Assembly (NCBI GenBank): GCA_046292385.1 | Contig: JBKBRF010000005.1 | Coordinates: forward strand, 103,744 to 167,743 | DNA: 64,000 nucleotides | From: Armatimonadota bacterium | Lineage (GTDB): Bacteria; Armatimonadota; SYMT01 | Direction of reading: 5' to 3' | Shown here: in pieces, positions 36,535-46,334 of the stretch | Position numbering within the stretch: position 1 is the stretch's first letter | How the letters are laid out: the number at the start of each line of letters is the position of its first letter | Notes under the pieces: model-generated | Databases searched by the model: none | What the model was told of the DNA's origin: nothing | What the model saw: the letters and a program-made list of their open reading frames with translations, nothing else | Translations under genes and position numbers: made by a program

Positions 36535-37251
36535 TCAGTCGCCCCAGACCTGCTTCAGCAGGCGCCCGGCGTCCGGGTCGTGCTCCGCGAGCTCTTCGCG
36601 CACGAACGGGTAGAAGTCGTTCTTTCCGAAGTAGGCCTCGGAGACTTCCGCGAAGTACTCCTGGGGATTGGAAAGGGCGTAGGCCCGCTGCTTCTCGCCG
36701 TTGACGTGCAGGACCGACTCGTAGCGCTTGCCGGCCACCGCCTCCCGGAATGCCTCCCGGATCCCGGCATGCTCGTAACCGAGCACCTGGTGATGGTAGG
36801 CGTGGGCCAGCTCGTGGAGCACCATCGCCGGCTGGGCGACCGACCAGGCAATGAACCGCTCCGCGTTCCCGATCTCCACCGCCCGCGCCTTATCCGGGTT
36901 GTAGCCGTTCTCCCGCAGCCATTCCGCGCTCGGGTGGTACTCCGCGCAGGGGGCGTGTCCGTCGTCGACTCCCAGCCAGATCGGCACCTTTCGCAGCTCG
37001 ACGCACGCTCCGGCCGGGACCACTCGACGGATCTCCTGCAGCTTCGTCGTCAGCAGGCTGAGCGCCCGGTCGCCCAGCTCCTTCCGCTCCCCCAGGAGCG
37101 AGCGGTTCACCCGAACGCTCCAGCCTTCCACCGTGCGGGTCGCGTAGGCCGAAGTCGGCACGAATTCCGGCTTCGGCGCGCCGTGGCCGGAGCCGGCGCC
37201 GAGCGCAGTGAGAGCGAGCGACGCTCCGCAGATCAGAATCCAGATACGCAT
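36535..37251 (-). CDS. Secreted zinc metallopeptidase (HExxH)
   Basis: Signal peptide, VLHELAHAYH, YA..NPQEYFAE and HDP. Confidence 0.85.
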   Translation of the reverse strand: MRIWILICGASLALTALGAGSGHGAPKPEFVPTSAYATRTVEGWSVRVNRSLLGERKELGDRALSLLTTKLQEIRRVVPAGACVELRKVPIWLGVDDGHAPCAEYHPSAEWLRENGYNPDKARAVEIGNAERFIAWSVAQPAMVLHELAHAYHHQVLGYEHAGIREAFREAVAGKRYESVLHVNGEKQRAYALSNPQEYFAEVSEAYFGKNDFYPFVREELAEHDPDAGRLLKQVWGD

Positions 37252-37384
37252 CTGTCCCCCCTCCCAGCCATCAAGAAACCGCTGCCGGCCCGGCACCGGC
37301 TAACCCGTTCGCTTCCGAGGGTTCGGCGGCCTCCGTGTGCGGTATGCTCTGGAGCGGGAGAGACGCGTGATGAGGGGGATACAG

Positions 37385-38293
37385 ATGGGACCGGTCGCCG
37401 AGATCTGGCCGGACGAGCCGGAGGGGTGGCGCCACGTGCAGATCCCGGGCGACGGGGTAACGCTCCACGGGGTCGCGGCGGGCGAGGGGCCGCTGATCCT
37501 CTTCCTGCACGGGTTCCCGGAGTACTGGTACGCCTGGCGCCGCCAGCTTGCCGAATTCAGCTCCACGCACTGCGCCGTGGCGCTCGATCTCCGCGGCTAT
37601 AACCTCTCCGACAAGCCGGAAGCGGTCGAGGCCTACGCGCTCTCGCACCTGATCGCCGACGTGAAGGCGGTGCTCGACCGCTTGAGCGGCGGGCGGAAGG
37701 CGGTGCTGGTGGGGCACGACTGGGGCGGGGTGCTCGCCTGGCTGCTGGCGGCGCACCATCCGGAGTACCTGGAGCGGCTGGTCATCATCAACGCGCCGCA
37801 CCCCACCCTCTTTGCCCGGGAGCTGGCGCAGAACCCGATGCAGCAGGCGGCCAGCAGCTACATGCTCCTCTTCCGGAGCGCGGCCGCGGAGACGACCCTC
37901 TCCGCTTTCAACTTCGCCGCCCTGCGGAAGGCGGTCTTCGACCTGGCGCGCGCGGGCGCTTTCACCGAGGAAGACCGGCTGCGGTATCTGGAAGCGTGGC
38001 GGCAGCCGGGGGCGCTGACCGGCGGCCTCAACTACTACCGGGCGGCGAAGATCGGCCCCTCGCAGCCGGCCGCGGAGCAGGAGCTGCCGTCGGCGCTGCC
38101 GCGGATCACCGTCCCCACGCTGGTCCTCTGGGGCGAGCGGGATACCGCGCTCCTGTCCGAAAACCTCGAGGGCCTGGGGGAAGTGGTCGAGAGCGTGAAG
38201 GTGGTGCGGCTCCCGGAAGGCACGCACTGGGTGGTGCACGAAGAGCCGGAGCGGATCAACCGGGAGATCCGGGAGTTTCTGGCGCAGGTTTAG
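37385..38293 (+). CDS. Alpha/beta hydrolase, epoxide hydrolase-like
   Basis: HGFPE, DLRGYN, GHDWG, LNYYRA and HWV. Start 37385 or 37370. Confidence 0.92.
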   Translation: MGPVAEIWPDEPEGWRHVQIPGDGVTLHGVAAGEGPLILFLHGFPEYWYAWRRQLAEFSSTHCAVALDLRGYNLSDKPEAVEAYALSHLIADVKAVLDRLSGGRKAVLVGHDWGGVLAWLLAAHHPEYLERLVIINAPHPTLFARELAQNPMQQAASSYMLLFRSAAAETTLSAFNFAALRKAVFDLARAGAFTEEDRLRYLEAWRQPGALTGGLNYYRAAKIGPSQPAAEQELPSALPRITVPTLVLWGERDTALLSENLEGLGEVVESVKVVRLPEGTHWVVHEEPERINREIREFLAQV

Positions 38294-39059
38294 CCGGTTC
38301 GGCGGCTTCGTTCAGCAGCCACCGCACCCGAACGCGGCCGGGATCGGTCGTCTCCACCCGCACCTCGGCCCGCTCCACGCCACGGAGCTTCAGGAGCTTC
38401 TCCCGCTGCGCCGCCACCTCCTCCGGCCGATAGAACGGCTTCGCCGCTCCCGGCGGCAGCCCCCCCAGCGCGCGGCGGACTCGCTCCTGGACCTCCGGCG
38501 AGCCGCCCTCCAGGACGGTCTCGTCGACCCGGACCTCCAGGATCTCGAAGCGGAGGATGCCGCTGCGGATCGCCTCGTCCAGCAGCTTCTCGGAGACGCG
38601 GGCGACGTAGCCGCGATCGCGGTAGAGCTGCTCGATGGCGGCGATGTCGCGCACCAGCCGCGGCGCGTTCAGCACCTGTCCCCGCTCCGTGCTGATCGCC
38701 CGGTGCAGCGCGCTCTTCTCCACCAGCGTGTTGTTCAGCACCCGCAGGTGCGCCACGCGGGGAAACTCGGCGACCTCGAACGTCACCGTCGCGCCGCCGT
38801 CCGCCGTCCGCGAGCTGGCAGCGACCCGGCGAAAATAGCCGAGAGCGAGCAGTGCCTTGCGGTCGGCTTCCACCTGCTCCGCCTTGAACGGCGCCCCCAT
38901 TTTAAGCGTGAGCGCGTCCCGAAGCAGCGATTCCTCGACGTGCTGCCTCCCCTTGATCTCGATTCCCCGCACCACCACCGGCGCCTGCGCGGCCGCTGGC
39001 AGCGCGGCGCTGCCCAGGAGCGCGAGGGCGACGATGGAGAGGGAGGCGAGGAGCTGCAT
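38256..39059 (-). CDS. Secreted POTRA-domain protein without a beta-barrel
   Basis: Signal peptide and about three POTRA-like repeats (IEIKG..LGYF..VTFEVAE; LNN..YRDRGY..FEILE). Confidence 0.8.
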   Translation of the reverse strand: MQLLASLSIVALALLGSAALPAAAQAPVVVRGIEIKGRQHVEESLLRDALTLKMGAPFKAEQVEADRKALLALGYFRRVAASSRTADGGATVTFEVAEFPRVAHLRVLNNTLVEKSALHRAISTERGQVLNAPRLVRDIAAIEQLYRDRGYVARVSEKLLDEAIRSGILRFEILEVRVDETVLEGGSPEVQERVRRALGGLPPGAAKPFYRPEEVAAQREKLLKLRGVERAEVRVETTDPGRVRVRWLLNEAAEPAKPAPETPGSPG

Positions 39060-39158
39060 AGGAGAGCGGGACGGGCAGCGCGGCGCTGCGGTAACGGCTA
39101 TCACCCTAAGCATACCGGTGCAGTCCGCGGATCATCACCCTGCGAACCCGGTTCGCCT

Positions 39159-41156
39159 CTAGAGAGCCGGCGCGGCCCCCGCGGCCCCCGCTTCCGGGAC
39201 TTCCAGCGCCGGGGGGAGCTCCGGCGGGTGCGGGCAGAGCATGCGTCCGGGGACGTCGGCCTCGATGAAGAGCTCCACGAGGCGGCCGTCGAGCCGGCCG
39301 CGCGCGGCTTCGTCGCGCAGGATCGCGTGCGCTCGCTCGATCGGAAACGCCTTCTTGTAGGGGCGGTCCGCCGCCGTGAGGGCGTCGTAGATATCCGCGA
39401 TCGCCAGGATGCGGGACTGGAGGGGCAGCTCCTCCGCCCACTTCCCGCCCGGGTAGCCGCTGCCGTCGAGCGTCTCGTGGTGATCGCCCGCGTAGACCGG
39501 CACGTTCCGGAGGCGGCGGCTGAAGGGGATCGGCGCCAGCAGCCGGACCGAGATGGCGGCGTGCTCGCGGATGCGGTCCAGCTCCTCCGGCAGCAGCGTG
39601 CCGCGGGCGATGCTGAGATTGCGGACTTCGTCCTGGCTCAGGTAGCGCTGCTCGGCGCCGGCGTCGTCCAGGTAGGTGCGGCTGCCGATCGCCTCGATGC
39701 GCGCCAGTCGCTCGGGGGTCATGAACTCCCCGCCCACGTTGGCGCTCTCCAGGAACGCCAGGTCGCCCGCGAGCTCTTCCAGCCGCGCGGCGAGATCGCG
39801 GTCGAGCGCCTCCAGCCGCTCCGGAGGCGCGCCGCCCTGCACCAGCTCCAGCTTGCGGCGCAGCGCTTCCAGCTCCAGGCCGCGGCGGATGACGGAGAAC
39901 CGGGCGCGGATCTCGTCGATGCGGTCGTACACCGTCTGGAGCTTGGTTGCCTTATCGACCACGTGCTCCGGGATCACCAGCTTGCCGAGGTCGTGCAGAA
40001 GGCCCGCGATGCGCAGCTCGTTCAGCTCGTCCGCGGAGAAGGTGCGGCCTTCCACCCGCTCCGGCCGCTCGTTCACCGCTTCCGCCAGCAGGCACGCCAG
40101 CCGCGTCACGCGCCGGACGTGACCCGCGGTGTAGTGGCTCTTCTCGTCGATGGCGGTCGCCATCGCCTGGAGCAGCCCTTCCAGCAGCGCTTCGAGATCG
40201 TTGATCAGCCGCGCGTTGGTGAGGGCGACTCCCGCCTGCGAGGCGAGGGCGAGCGTCCGCTCCTCGTTCTGCGCCGCGAAGGCGACCACTTCCCGCGTCC
40301 CCGGCTTCTGGGCATTGATGAGCTGCAGGACGCCGATCACCTCGTCCTCGTGGTTGCGGACCGGCACCACCAGCATGGAGCGCGACCGGTAGCCGGTGAG
40401 GCGGTCGTACTTGCGCGGCCCGCTGAAGTCGAAGCCCTCCGCCTCGTAGACGTCCGGGATGTTCACGGTGGCGCCGGTGAGCGCCACGTACGCCGACACG
40501 TTAGCGGGGTTGAGCGGCACCGGCGGGAGATCGATCTTCTCCCCGCTCGCGCCGCCCTGCCGGGTGCCGAGGCTGGCGCACTGCATGATCTCGAAGCGGA
40601 GTACCCGCTCGTCCGGATCGACCAGGTAGAGCGTCCCCGCGTCCGCGTGGCTCAGCGCCCGCGCCTCGTCGACGATCCGCTCCAGCAGCCGGTGCAGGTT
40701 GTGCTCCGCGGAGAGCGCGATGCCGACCTGCGTGAGCCGCTGCAGCTCGGCCGACATGCCGTCGGTGACCTGCTTGAGCCGCGCCAGCGCCGCGCAGTGC
40801 GCGAGCAGCACCTCCGGCGCCACCGGCCGCGGGAGCAGGTCGTCCACCCCCTCCGAGAGCGTGCGCAGGCGCTCCACGGAGAGCCACGGCGGCTGCAGCC
40901 CCAGCACCGGCGTGGAGCGCGGCCGGGAGCGCTCCTTGAGCTGCGCGCAGAGCCGCGACTCGTAAACGTCCGGCGCACCCAGGTCAAGGACGGCCAGATC
41001 GGGCCGCCGCTCCCCCTCCAGCACCACCCGCGCCTCCGCCGCGCTCTCGAACGCGGCCACCTCATAACCCGCGCGAGAGAGCAGCTCTGCCAGCGCGATC
41101 CGCTGGGAGTCGTCCGCATCAACGAGGAGGAGGAGAGGGCGGTAGAAGTCGGACAT
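39159..41156 (-). CDS. REC + GAF + HD-GYP c-di-GMP phosphodiesterase
   Basis: Atypical receiver domain, GAF (SMLVVP..IGVLQLIN), LLHDLGK, HHETLDGSGYP, IADIYDAL and RPYK. Confidence 0.92.
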   Translation of the reverse strand: MSDFYRPLLLLVDADDSQRIALAELLSRAGYEVAAFESAAEARVVLEGERRPDLAVLDLGAPDVYESRLCAQLKERSRPRSTPVLGLQPPWLSVERLRTLSEGVDDLLPRPVAPEVLLAHCAALARLKQVTDGMSAELQRLTQVGIALSAEHNLHRLLERIVDEARALSHADAGTLYLVDPDERVLRFEIMQCASLGTRQGGASGEKIDLPPVPLNPANVSAYVALTGATVNIPDVYEAEGFDFSGPRKYDRLTGYRSRSMLVVPVRNHEDEVIGVLQLINAQKPGTREVVAFAAQNEERTLALASQAGVALTNARLINDLEALLEGLLQAMATAIDEKSHYTAGHVRRVTRLACLLAEAVNERPERVEGRTFSADELNELRIAGLLHDLGKLVIPEHVVDKATKLQTVYDRIDEIRARFSVIRRGLELEALRRKLELVQGGAPPERLEALDRDLAARLEELAGDLAFLESANVGGEFMTPERLARIEAIGSRTYLDDAGAEQRYLSQDEVRNLSIARGTLLPEELDRIREHAAISVRLLAPIPFSRRLRNVPVYAGDHHETLDGSGYPGGKWAEELPLQSRILAIADIYDALTAADRPYKKAFPIERAHAILRDEAARGRLDGRLVELFIEADVPGRMLCPHPPELPPALEVPEAGAAGAAPAL

Positions 41157-41162
41157 GATCTC

Positions 41163-41348
41163 TAAAGGCAGAAGGCTAAAGGCCTCTGAAGGCTAAAGGC
41201 AGAAGGCTAAAGGCTAAAGTTCCGAACCCCCAATTCGTGGGCCGACGCTCGTGAAGCCGCAGGTTAGAGCGTCAACGATTGCACCCCGCGAGCGCCCACG
41301 CCAGGCGGTGGTTCCGCTTTAGCCTTTAGCCTTTTTACTTTTGCCTTT
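41163..41348. repeat. Inverted 7-mer (AAGGCTA/AAGGCAG) arm element
   Basis: TAAAGGCAGAAGGCTAAAGG..GAAGGCTAAAGGCAGAAGGCTAAAGGCTAAAG ... CTTTAGCCTTTAGCCTTTTTACTTTTGCCTTT. Confidence 0.8.
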
Positions 41349-41370
41349 CAAGATTGCCCTTCAACAGAGA

Positions 41371-41670
41371 GTGTTCCTGGCCCCGGCGGACGAGGCGATG
41401 GCAGCGGTCCTGCACGTCGCCGCGCTGCTCAACCGCTCGCCCGAGAGCGCCGGCGCCCACGCCCCGGAGGCTGCGGCGCGCACCGACGAGCTGCGCGAGC
41501 TTGCGGACCAGGTAGAACGCCTCCGCGCCGGAGAGATCACCCTAGACGCCGCCGGCAGGGAGTCCCGCATCCAGGAAGTGCTCCGCGAGCTGCGCCAGGA
41601 CGAAGCCGCGCGTCGGGAGCTCTCCCCCGCCGCCGAACCCGAACGGGAGGGGCTGCGACTAGGGGGCTGA
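41371..41670 (+). CDS. Hypothetical helical protein or gene fragment
   Basis: Coding-like GC3 bias, but no clear start or RBS. The 5' end abuts a repeat arm. Confidence 0.4.
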   Translation: MFLAPADEAMAAVLHVAALLNRSPESAGAHAPEAAARTDELRELADQVERLRAGEITLDAAGRESRIQEVLRELRQDEAARRELSPAAEPEREGLRLGG

Positions 41671-41726
41671 GCCGCGATGGGCACGGGAGCAAGATCTCGT
41701 ATTACCCAGGCGATTCCCAGTCAAAG

Positions 41727-41906
41727 GTAGGCCGTGCAAGCACGTCACTCCGCGAAGATTCGGCTGGCGTTTCGCTGCGCTGATCGCTTGGTCGTCCCCG
41801 CGATGTTCTAGCCGGCCGGGAGGCGGTTCTCGCCGCCGGTGCTGCCGGAGTGACGTGCTTGCACGGCCCTTCTCCCGGCGTGAAGTCGCCCTCGTGAAGC
41901 GCTGCG
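41727..41906. repeat. REPIN-like element with a 23-bp perfect inverted repeat
   Basis: GGCCGTGCAAGCACGTCACTCCG (41730-41752, with GTAG at 41727-41730) and its reverse complement at 41846-41868. Confidence 0.8.
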
Positions 41907-41913
41907 TAACCCT

Positions 41914-44544
41914 CTACTGGCTCGCTTTTTTCTGGAGCTGGTAGAGGATCGTGAGCGCTTCGATCGGGGTGGTGGTGGAGAGGTCGAGCTTGCGCAGCTC
42001 TTCCACGGCCGGGTTCTCCGCCGCTTCGAAGAGACTTAGCTGCACCCGCTCGGCGCGGGGCTGCACCTGCGCGCCGGCGGAGGGCAGGCCGCCGTTGACG
42101 CCGCTGCTGGAGCTTTCCAGGTCCCGCAGCACCTCGCGGGCACGCTCGATCACCGCGTCCGGCAGGCCGGCGAGGCGGCCGACCTGGATCCCGTAGCTCT
42201 TGTCGGTGCCGCCGGGGACGATCTTGCGGAGCCAGACGATGTGGTGCCCGTCTTCCTTCACCGCGGCGCGGTAGTTCTTCACGCCCGGGAGGCGCTCCGC
42301 CAGGTCGTTCAGGTGGTGGTAGTGCGTGGCGAAGAGCGTCTTGGCGCCCGCCTGCTGGAGGTACTCCGCCACCGACCACGCGATCGAGAGCCCATCGTAG
42401 GTGCTGGTGCCGCGGCCGATCTCGTCCAGGATCACCAGGCTGCGGTCGGTGACGTTGTTCAGGATGTTGGCGGTCTCGTTCATCTCCACCATGAAGGTGG
42501 ACTGGCCGCTGGCGAGGTCATCGTGGGCGCCGACGCGGGTGAAGATGCGGTCGACCACCCCGATCCGCGCGGAGTCCGCGGGGACGAAGCTGCCGGCCTG
42601 CGCCATCAGCGTGATGAGGGCGACCTGCCGCAGGTAGGTGCTCTTCCCCGCCATGTTGGGGCCGGTGATGATAAGCAGCCGGCTCTCTCCGCCGTCGAGG
42701 CAGGCGTCGTTGGGAACGAACGGCTCCTGACCCAGCTTTTCCACCACCGGGTGGCGCCCGTTGCGGATCTCGATCCGGTCGCCGGTATCGACCACCGGAC
42801 GCACGTAGTCGTTCCGCACCGCGCACTCCGCGAGGGCGGTAAGGACGTCGAGCTCCGCCACCGCGCCCGCGACGGCCAGCACGCGCGCCGCCTCGCGCCC
42901 CACGCGGTCCCGCAGCTCCTGGAAGAGCCGCTCCTCCATCGCCTGGATCTTTTCCTCGGCGCCCAGGATCAGCGCTTCCTTCTCCTTCAGCTCCGGCGTG
43001 ATGTAGCGCTCCGCGTTGGCGGTGGTCTGCTTCCGGTGGTAATCCGCGGGAACGAGGTGGATGTTCGGCTTCGTCACCTCGATGTAGTAGCCGAAGACCG
43101 AGTTGTAGCCGACCTTGAGGCTCTTGATGCCGGTCCGCTCTCGCTCGGTGCTCTCCAGCGCGGCGATCCAGTCTTTCCCGTCCACGCTGGCGGTGCGCAG
43201 CTCGTCGAGCTGCGGCGAGTAGCCGGGGCGGATCACGCCGCCGTCGCGGAGGTTGGCGGGCGGCTCGTCCACGAGGCCGGTCTCCAGGAGCTGGACCAGG
43301 TCCTCCAGCGGCTCCAGCCGTTCCCCCAGCTCGCTCAGGTAGACGGAGGCGCAGGGCGTAACCAGCTCCTTCAGCTCCGGCACCCGCGCCAGGGATGAGC
43401 GCAGGCCGGAGAGGTCGCGCGGGTTGGCGGCGCCGGTAGCGCAGCGGCTGGCGAGCCGCTCCAGGTCGCTCACCTGGGAGAGCCGCTCCCGGAGGTCGCC
43501 GCGGAGCAGGCCGCTCTCCGCCAGCTCCGCTACCGAGTCGAGCCGCTCGTTGATCCGCACCGGGTCGAGCAGCGGCTGCTCCAGCCACCTCCGCAGCAGC
43601 CGCGCGCCCATCGCGGTCCCGGTGCAGTCGAGCACCGAGAGCAGCGTGCGGGAGCGGCCGCCTTCCCACATCGACTGCGTCAGCTCCAGGTTGCGGCGGG
43701 CGGTCGGGTCGAGGCGCATGAACTCGCCGACGGTATAGGTGGAAAGGCTGCGGAGGTGCTGCGCGGCCTCGATGTGCCGCCGGCCGAGGTAGTGGAGCAC
43801 CAGGCGGGCTGCCTCGATCGCGCGCTCCATCTCCTCGCAGCCGAAGCCGCGTAGGGAGTGGACGCGGAAATGCTCCAGCAGCGCCTGCCGGGCCGTCTTG
43901 CGCGGGAACGCCTCCGCCTCCACCGGGGTGACGGTCCACCTCCGCCCCTGGCAGAGCCAGCTCTCCGCTCGCGCCGCCAGCTCCGCCGGCAGCACCAGCT
44001 CCCGCGGCGCCAGGCGCTCCAGCTCTTCCAGGAGGCGGCGGGCGGCGTGCGGGGCCTTCAGCTCCGTCACCGCGAACTCGCCGGTCGAGACGTCGCAGAT
44101 CGCCAGCCCGAACTCCGCTACGTGGTCCTCTCCGGAGACGACCACCGCGGCGAGATAGCTGTTCGCCTTCGCCTCCAGCATCGAGTCGTCGAGGACGGTG
44201 CCGGGCGTGACGACCCGGGTCACCTTCCGCTTGACGATCCCCTTGGCGAACTTGGGGTTCTCTACCTGTTCACAGATCGCCACGCGGTGCCCCGCCGCTA
44301 CGAGCCGTGCCAGGTAGCGCTCCTGCGCGTGATACGGCACCCCGCACATGGGGATCCGCTCGCCCTGCACGTAGTCGCGCGAGGTAAGCGTGATCTCCAG
44401 CACGCGCGCGGCGATCTCCGCGTCCTCCCCGAACATCTCGTAGAAGTCGCCGAGGCGGAACATCAGGAGCACGTCCGGGTACTGGCGCTTGATCTCCCAG
44501 TACTGGCGGAAGAGCGGCGTGAGCTGGTCGGCGGCGGGAGGCAT
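41914..44544 (-). CDS. mutS: DNA mismatch repair protein MutS
   Basis: GDFYEMF, PMCGVP, TGPNMAGKSTYLRQ, STFMVEM, DEIGRGTST and ATHYH. Start at ATG 44544. Confidence 0.98.
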   Translation of the reverse strand: MPPAADQLTPLFRQYWEIKRQYPDVLLMFRLGDFYEMFGEDAEIAARVLEITLTSRDYVQGERIPMCGVPYHAQERYLARLVAAGHRVAICEQVENPKFAKGIVKRKVTRVVTPGTVLDDSMLEAKANSYLAAVVVSGEDHVAEFGLAICDVSTGEFAVTELKAPHAARRLLEELERLAPRELVLPAELAARAESWLCQGRRWTVTPVEAEAFPRKTARQALLEHFRVHSLRGFGCEEMERAIEAARLVLHYLGRRHIEAAQHLRSLSTYTVGEFMRLDPTARRNLELTQSMWEGGRSRTLLSVLDCTGTAMGARLLRRWLEQPLLDPVRINERLDSVAELAESGLLRGDLRERLSQVSDLERLASRCATGAANPRDLSGLRSSLARVPELKELVTPCASVYLSELGERLEPLEDLVQLLETGLVDEPPANLRDGGVIRPGYSPQLDELRTASVDGKDWIAALESTERERTGIKSLKVGYNSVFGYYIEVTKPNIHLVPADYHRKQTTANAERYITPELKEKEALILGAEEKIQAMEERLFQELRDRVGREAARVLAVAGAVAELDVLTALAECAVRNDYVRPVVDTGDRIEIRNGRHPVVEKLGQEPFVPNDACLDGGESRLLIITGPNMAGKSTYLRQVALITLMAQAGSFVPADSARIGVVDRIFTRVGAHDDLASGQSTFMVEMNETANILNNVTDRSLVILDEIGRGTSTYDGLSIAWSVAEYLQQAGAKTLFATHYHHLNDLAERLPGVKNYRAAVKEDGHHIVWLRKIVPGGTDKSYGIQVGRLAGLPDAVIERAREVLRDLESSSSGVNGGLPSAGAQVQPRAERVQLSLFEAAENPAVEELRKLDLSTTTPIEALTILYQLQKKASQ

Positions 44545-44706
44545 GGTGGGAGCTGCGGTGCGGATCAGAGTCGGCGCGGGGGCCGGGTAGTTGTAAGGCA
44601 AACGGACGAAGCGGGCACAGGCGCAGGCGCATTCGCCGCGCTCCCCGCGCTCCTCTATAATCGTAACAGCGCACGCGCGGACGTGCCTTGCTCCCGTGGA
44701 TGCCTG

Positions 44707-45297
44707 ATGGCGCTGGGAGAGAGCCTGGTTCTGGATTCCGACCCCGAGCGGATCTTCACCGAGGCCGATCTGGCGGCGCTCCCTGCGGAGCTGCCGTCCG
44801 GCCCCGTGTGGTGGGAGCTCGACCACGGCAGGCTCCTGGCCATGCCGCTGCCGGAACTGGACCACAGCATCGCCCTGACGAACCTCGCATGTGCCCTGAA
44901 GCGCGACGGTGAGCTACGCGGCCACGGCCGCGCAGTCGGACGGGTCGGGGTGGTGCTCTGGCGCAGCCCGGACCGCGTCGTGGGCGCGGACGCAGCCTTC
45001 ATCGCCAGCGGGTCGCTGCCGGCGCGGCGCTCCCCGGAAGACTACCTGGAGACGATTCCCGAGCTAGTGGTCGAGGTCGTCAGTATTCAGGACACGCCGG
45101 GCTACGTCCGCCGCAAAGTCGAGGACTACCTGACCGCCGGTGTGAAAGTGGTTTGGCTGGCGAACCCGGCCACCCACACGGTGACGGAGTACCGCCCCGC
45201 CGGCGGGCCGAGAGAGTACCGGGACGGTGACACGCTGACCGTGGAGGACCTGATCCCCGGCTTCTCCATGCCGATCGAAGAGGTGTTCCGGGTCTGA
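44707..45297 (+). CDS. Uma2/DUF820 family endonuclease-fold protein
   Basis: WELDHGRL, GADAAF, PELVVEVVS, KVEDYL.AGV..VW and IPGF. Confidence 0.9.
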   Translation: MALGESLVLDSDPERIFTEADLAALPAELPSGPVWWELDHGRLLAMPLPELDHSIALTNLACALKRDGELRGHGRAVGRVGVVLWRSPDRVVGADAAFIASGSLPARRSPEDYLETIPELVVEVVSIQDTPGYVRRKVEDYLTAGVKVVWLANPATHTVTEYRPAGGPREYRDGDTLTVEDLIPGFSMPIEEVFRV

Positions 45298-45304
45298 CGC
45301 GGGG

Positions 45305-46237
45305 CTACGTGCCCGCCAGCTCCTTCAGCCGCTCCACTCGCTTCGGCTCGTTCTTGACCAGCCAGGCGTCCCTGGAGAGCAGCTCGTAGGCTCGCGCGAA
45401 GTGCGGCTTCGCCTCTTCGTGGCGCTTTAGCGCGAGCAGGCACTCCCCCAGTTCCTCGTAGAGGTAGCCGTCCGGATCGTTCGCCTGCTCCGACTCCGTG
45501 CGGATTGCCTCCTGGATCGTCAGCGCCTGCTCGACCTTGCCGAGGGCGCGGAGGGTCTTGCCGACTGAGTACTTGGCGATCCGGATCTGGACCGGGCTGC
45601 CGTGCTGCTGGTAGAAAGCCTGGGCCTTGTTCAACAGCTCCAGCGCCGTGGGGTAATCGCCGCGCTCGTAGTAGGTCCAGCCGGTGTTGTTGTAGAGCGG
45701 CCCCAGCCAGCGGCGGGCGCGCTCGTTCTTGCTGCGCTCCGCCAGCCCGATCGCCTGGAGGTTCCACTTCAGCGCCTCGTCCGGCGTCTCCGCGATGCCG
45801 AGCATGTGGGCGGCGTCGAGCGCGTACGCTTCCTCCCCCGCCGCGTTCGCCAGCTCCCACGCCTCGCGGAAGAGCCGCCGGGCCCGCTCCGGCTTCTGGT
45901 CGGAATTGAAGGTGCGGCCCCGCTCCAGCAGGTAGCGCACGCGGGCGGTCTTCAGGTCCGGCTGAAGCAGCCCCTCCGCCTCGTCCAGGATGCGGTGCGC
46001 CTCCGCGAACTTGCCCTGGAGACTCTGGGTGCGGCCGAGCTGGGTCAGGAGCTGCACCAGGTAGTCCCGGTTGCCGGACCGCCTGGCGCGGGGAAGCAGC
46101 TCCCGGAACGTCTCCGCCGTCTCCTCCGGCTGCTGGTAGTTCCAGAGCTTGTCGATCACCGGAAGCGGCTCATCGTCCGGCTCCCGCGCGGCGATGGCGA
46201 GCGCCAGGAGTGAGCAGAGCAGGATGAGCACGGTCAT
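45305..46237 (-). CDS. Tetratricopeptide repeat protein with signal peptide
   Basis: Hydrophobic N-terminus and TPR-like repeats (LYNNTGWTYYERGDYPTAL; YEELGECLLAL). Confidence 0.85.
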   Translation of the reverse strand: MTVLILLCSLLALAIAAREPDDEPLPVIDKLWNYQQPEETAETFRELLPRARRSGNRDYLVQLLTQLGRTQSLQGKFAEAHRILDEAEGLLQPDLKTARVRYLLERGRTFNSDQKPERARRLFREAWELANAAGEEAYALDAAHMLGIAETPDEALKWNLQAIGLAERSKNERARRWLGPLYNNTGWTYYERGDYPTALELLNKAQAFYQQHGSPVQIRIAKYSVGKTLRALGKVEQALTIQEAIRTESEQANDPDGYLYEELGECLLALKRHEEAKPHFARAYELLSRDAWLVKNEPKRVERLKELAGT

Positions 46238-46334
46238 GGCAGCCTCCGTTCCGGATCCCGGCAGCTTGCCGGGCAGGCATGGAAGCGTTCGCCGGCCGGG
46301 AGGCGGGTCCTCCTCCCGGCCGGCGATGGCCGGG

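Noticed and set aside
44545..44865. N-terminal extensions in the ORF track for MutS, and likewise for the Gfo protein (33876), RAYT (59912) and Uma2 (43858)
   Set aside because: They overlap other genes or repeats and lack homology-like sequence. Downstream ATGs fit the family starts better.
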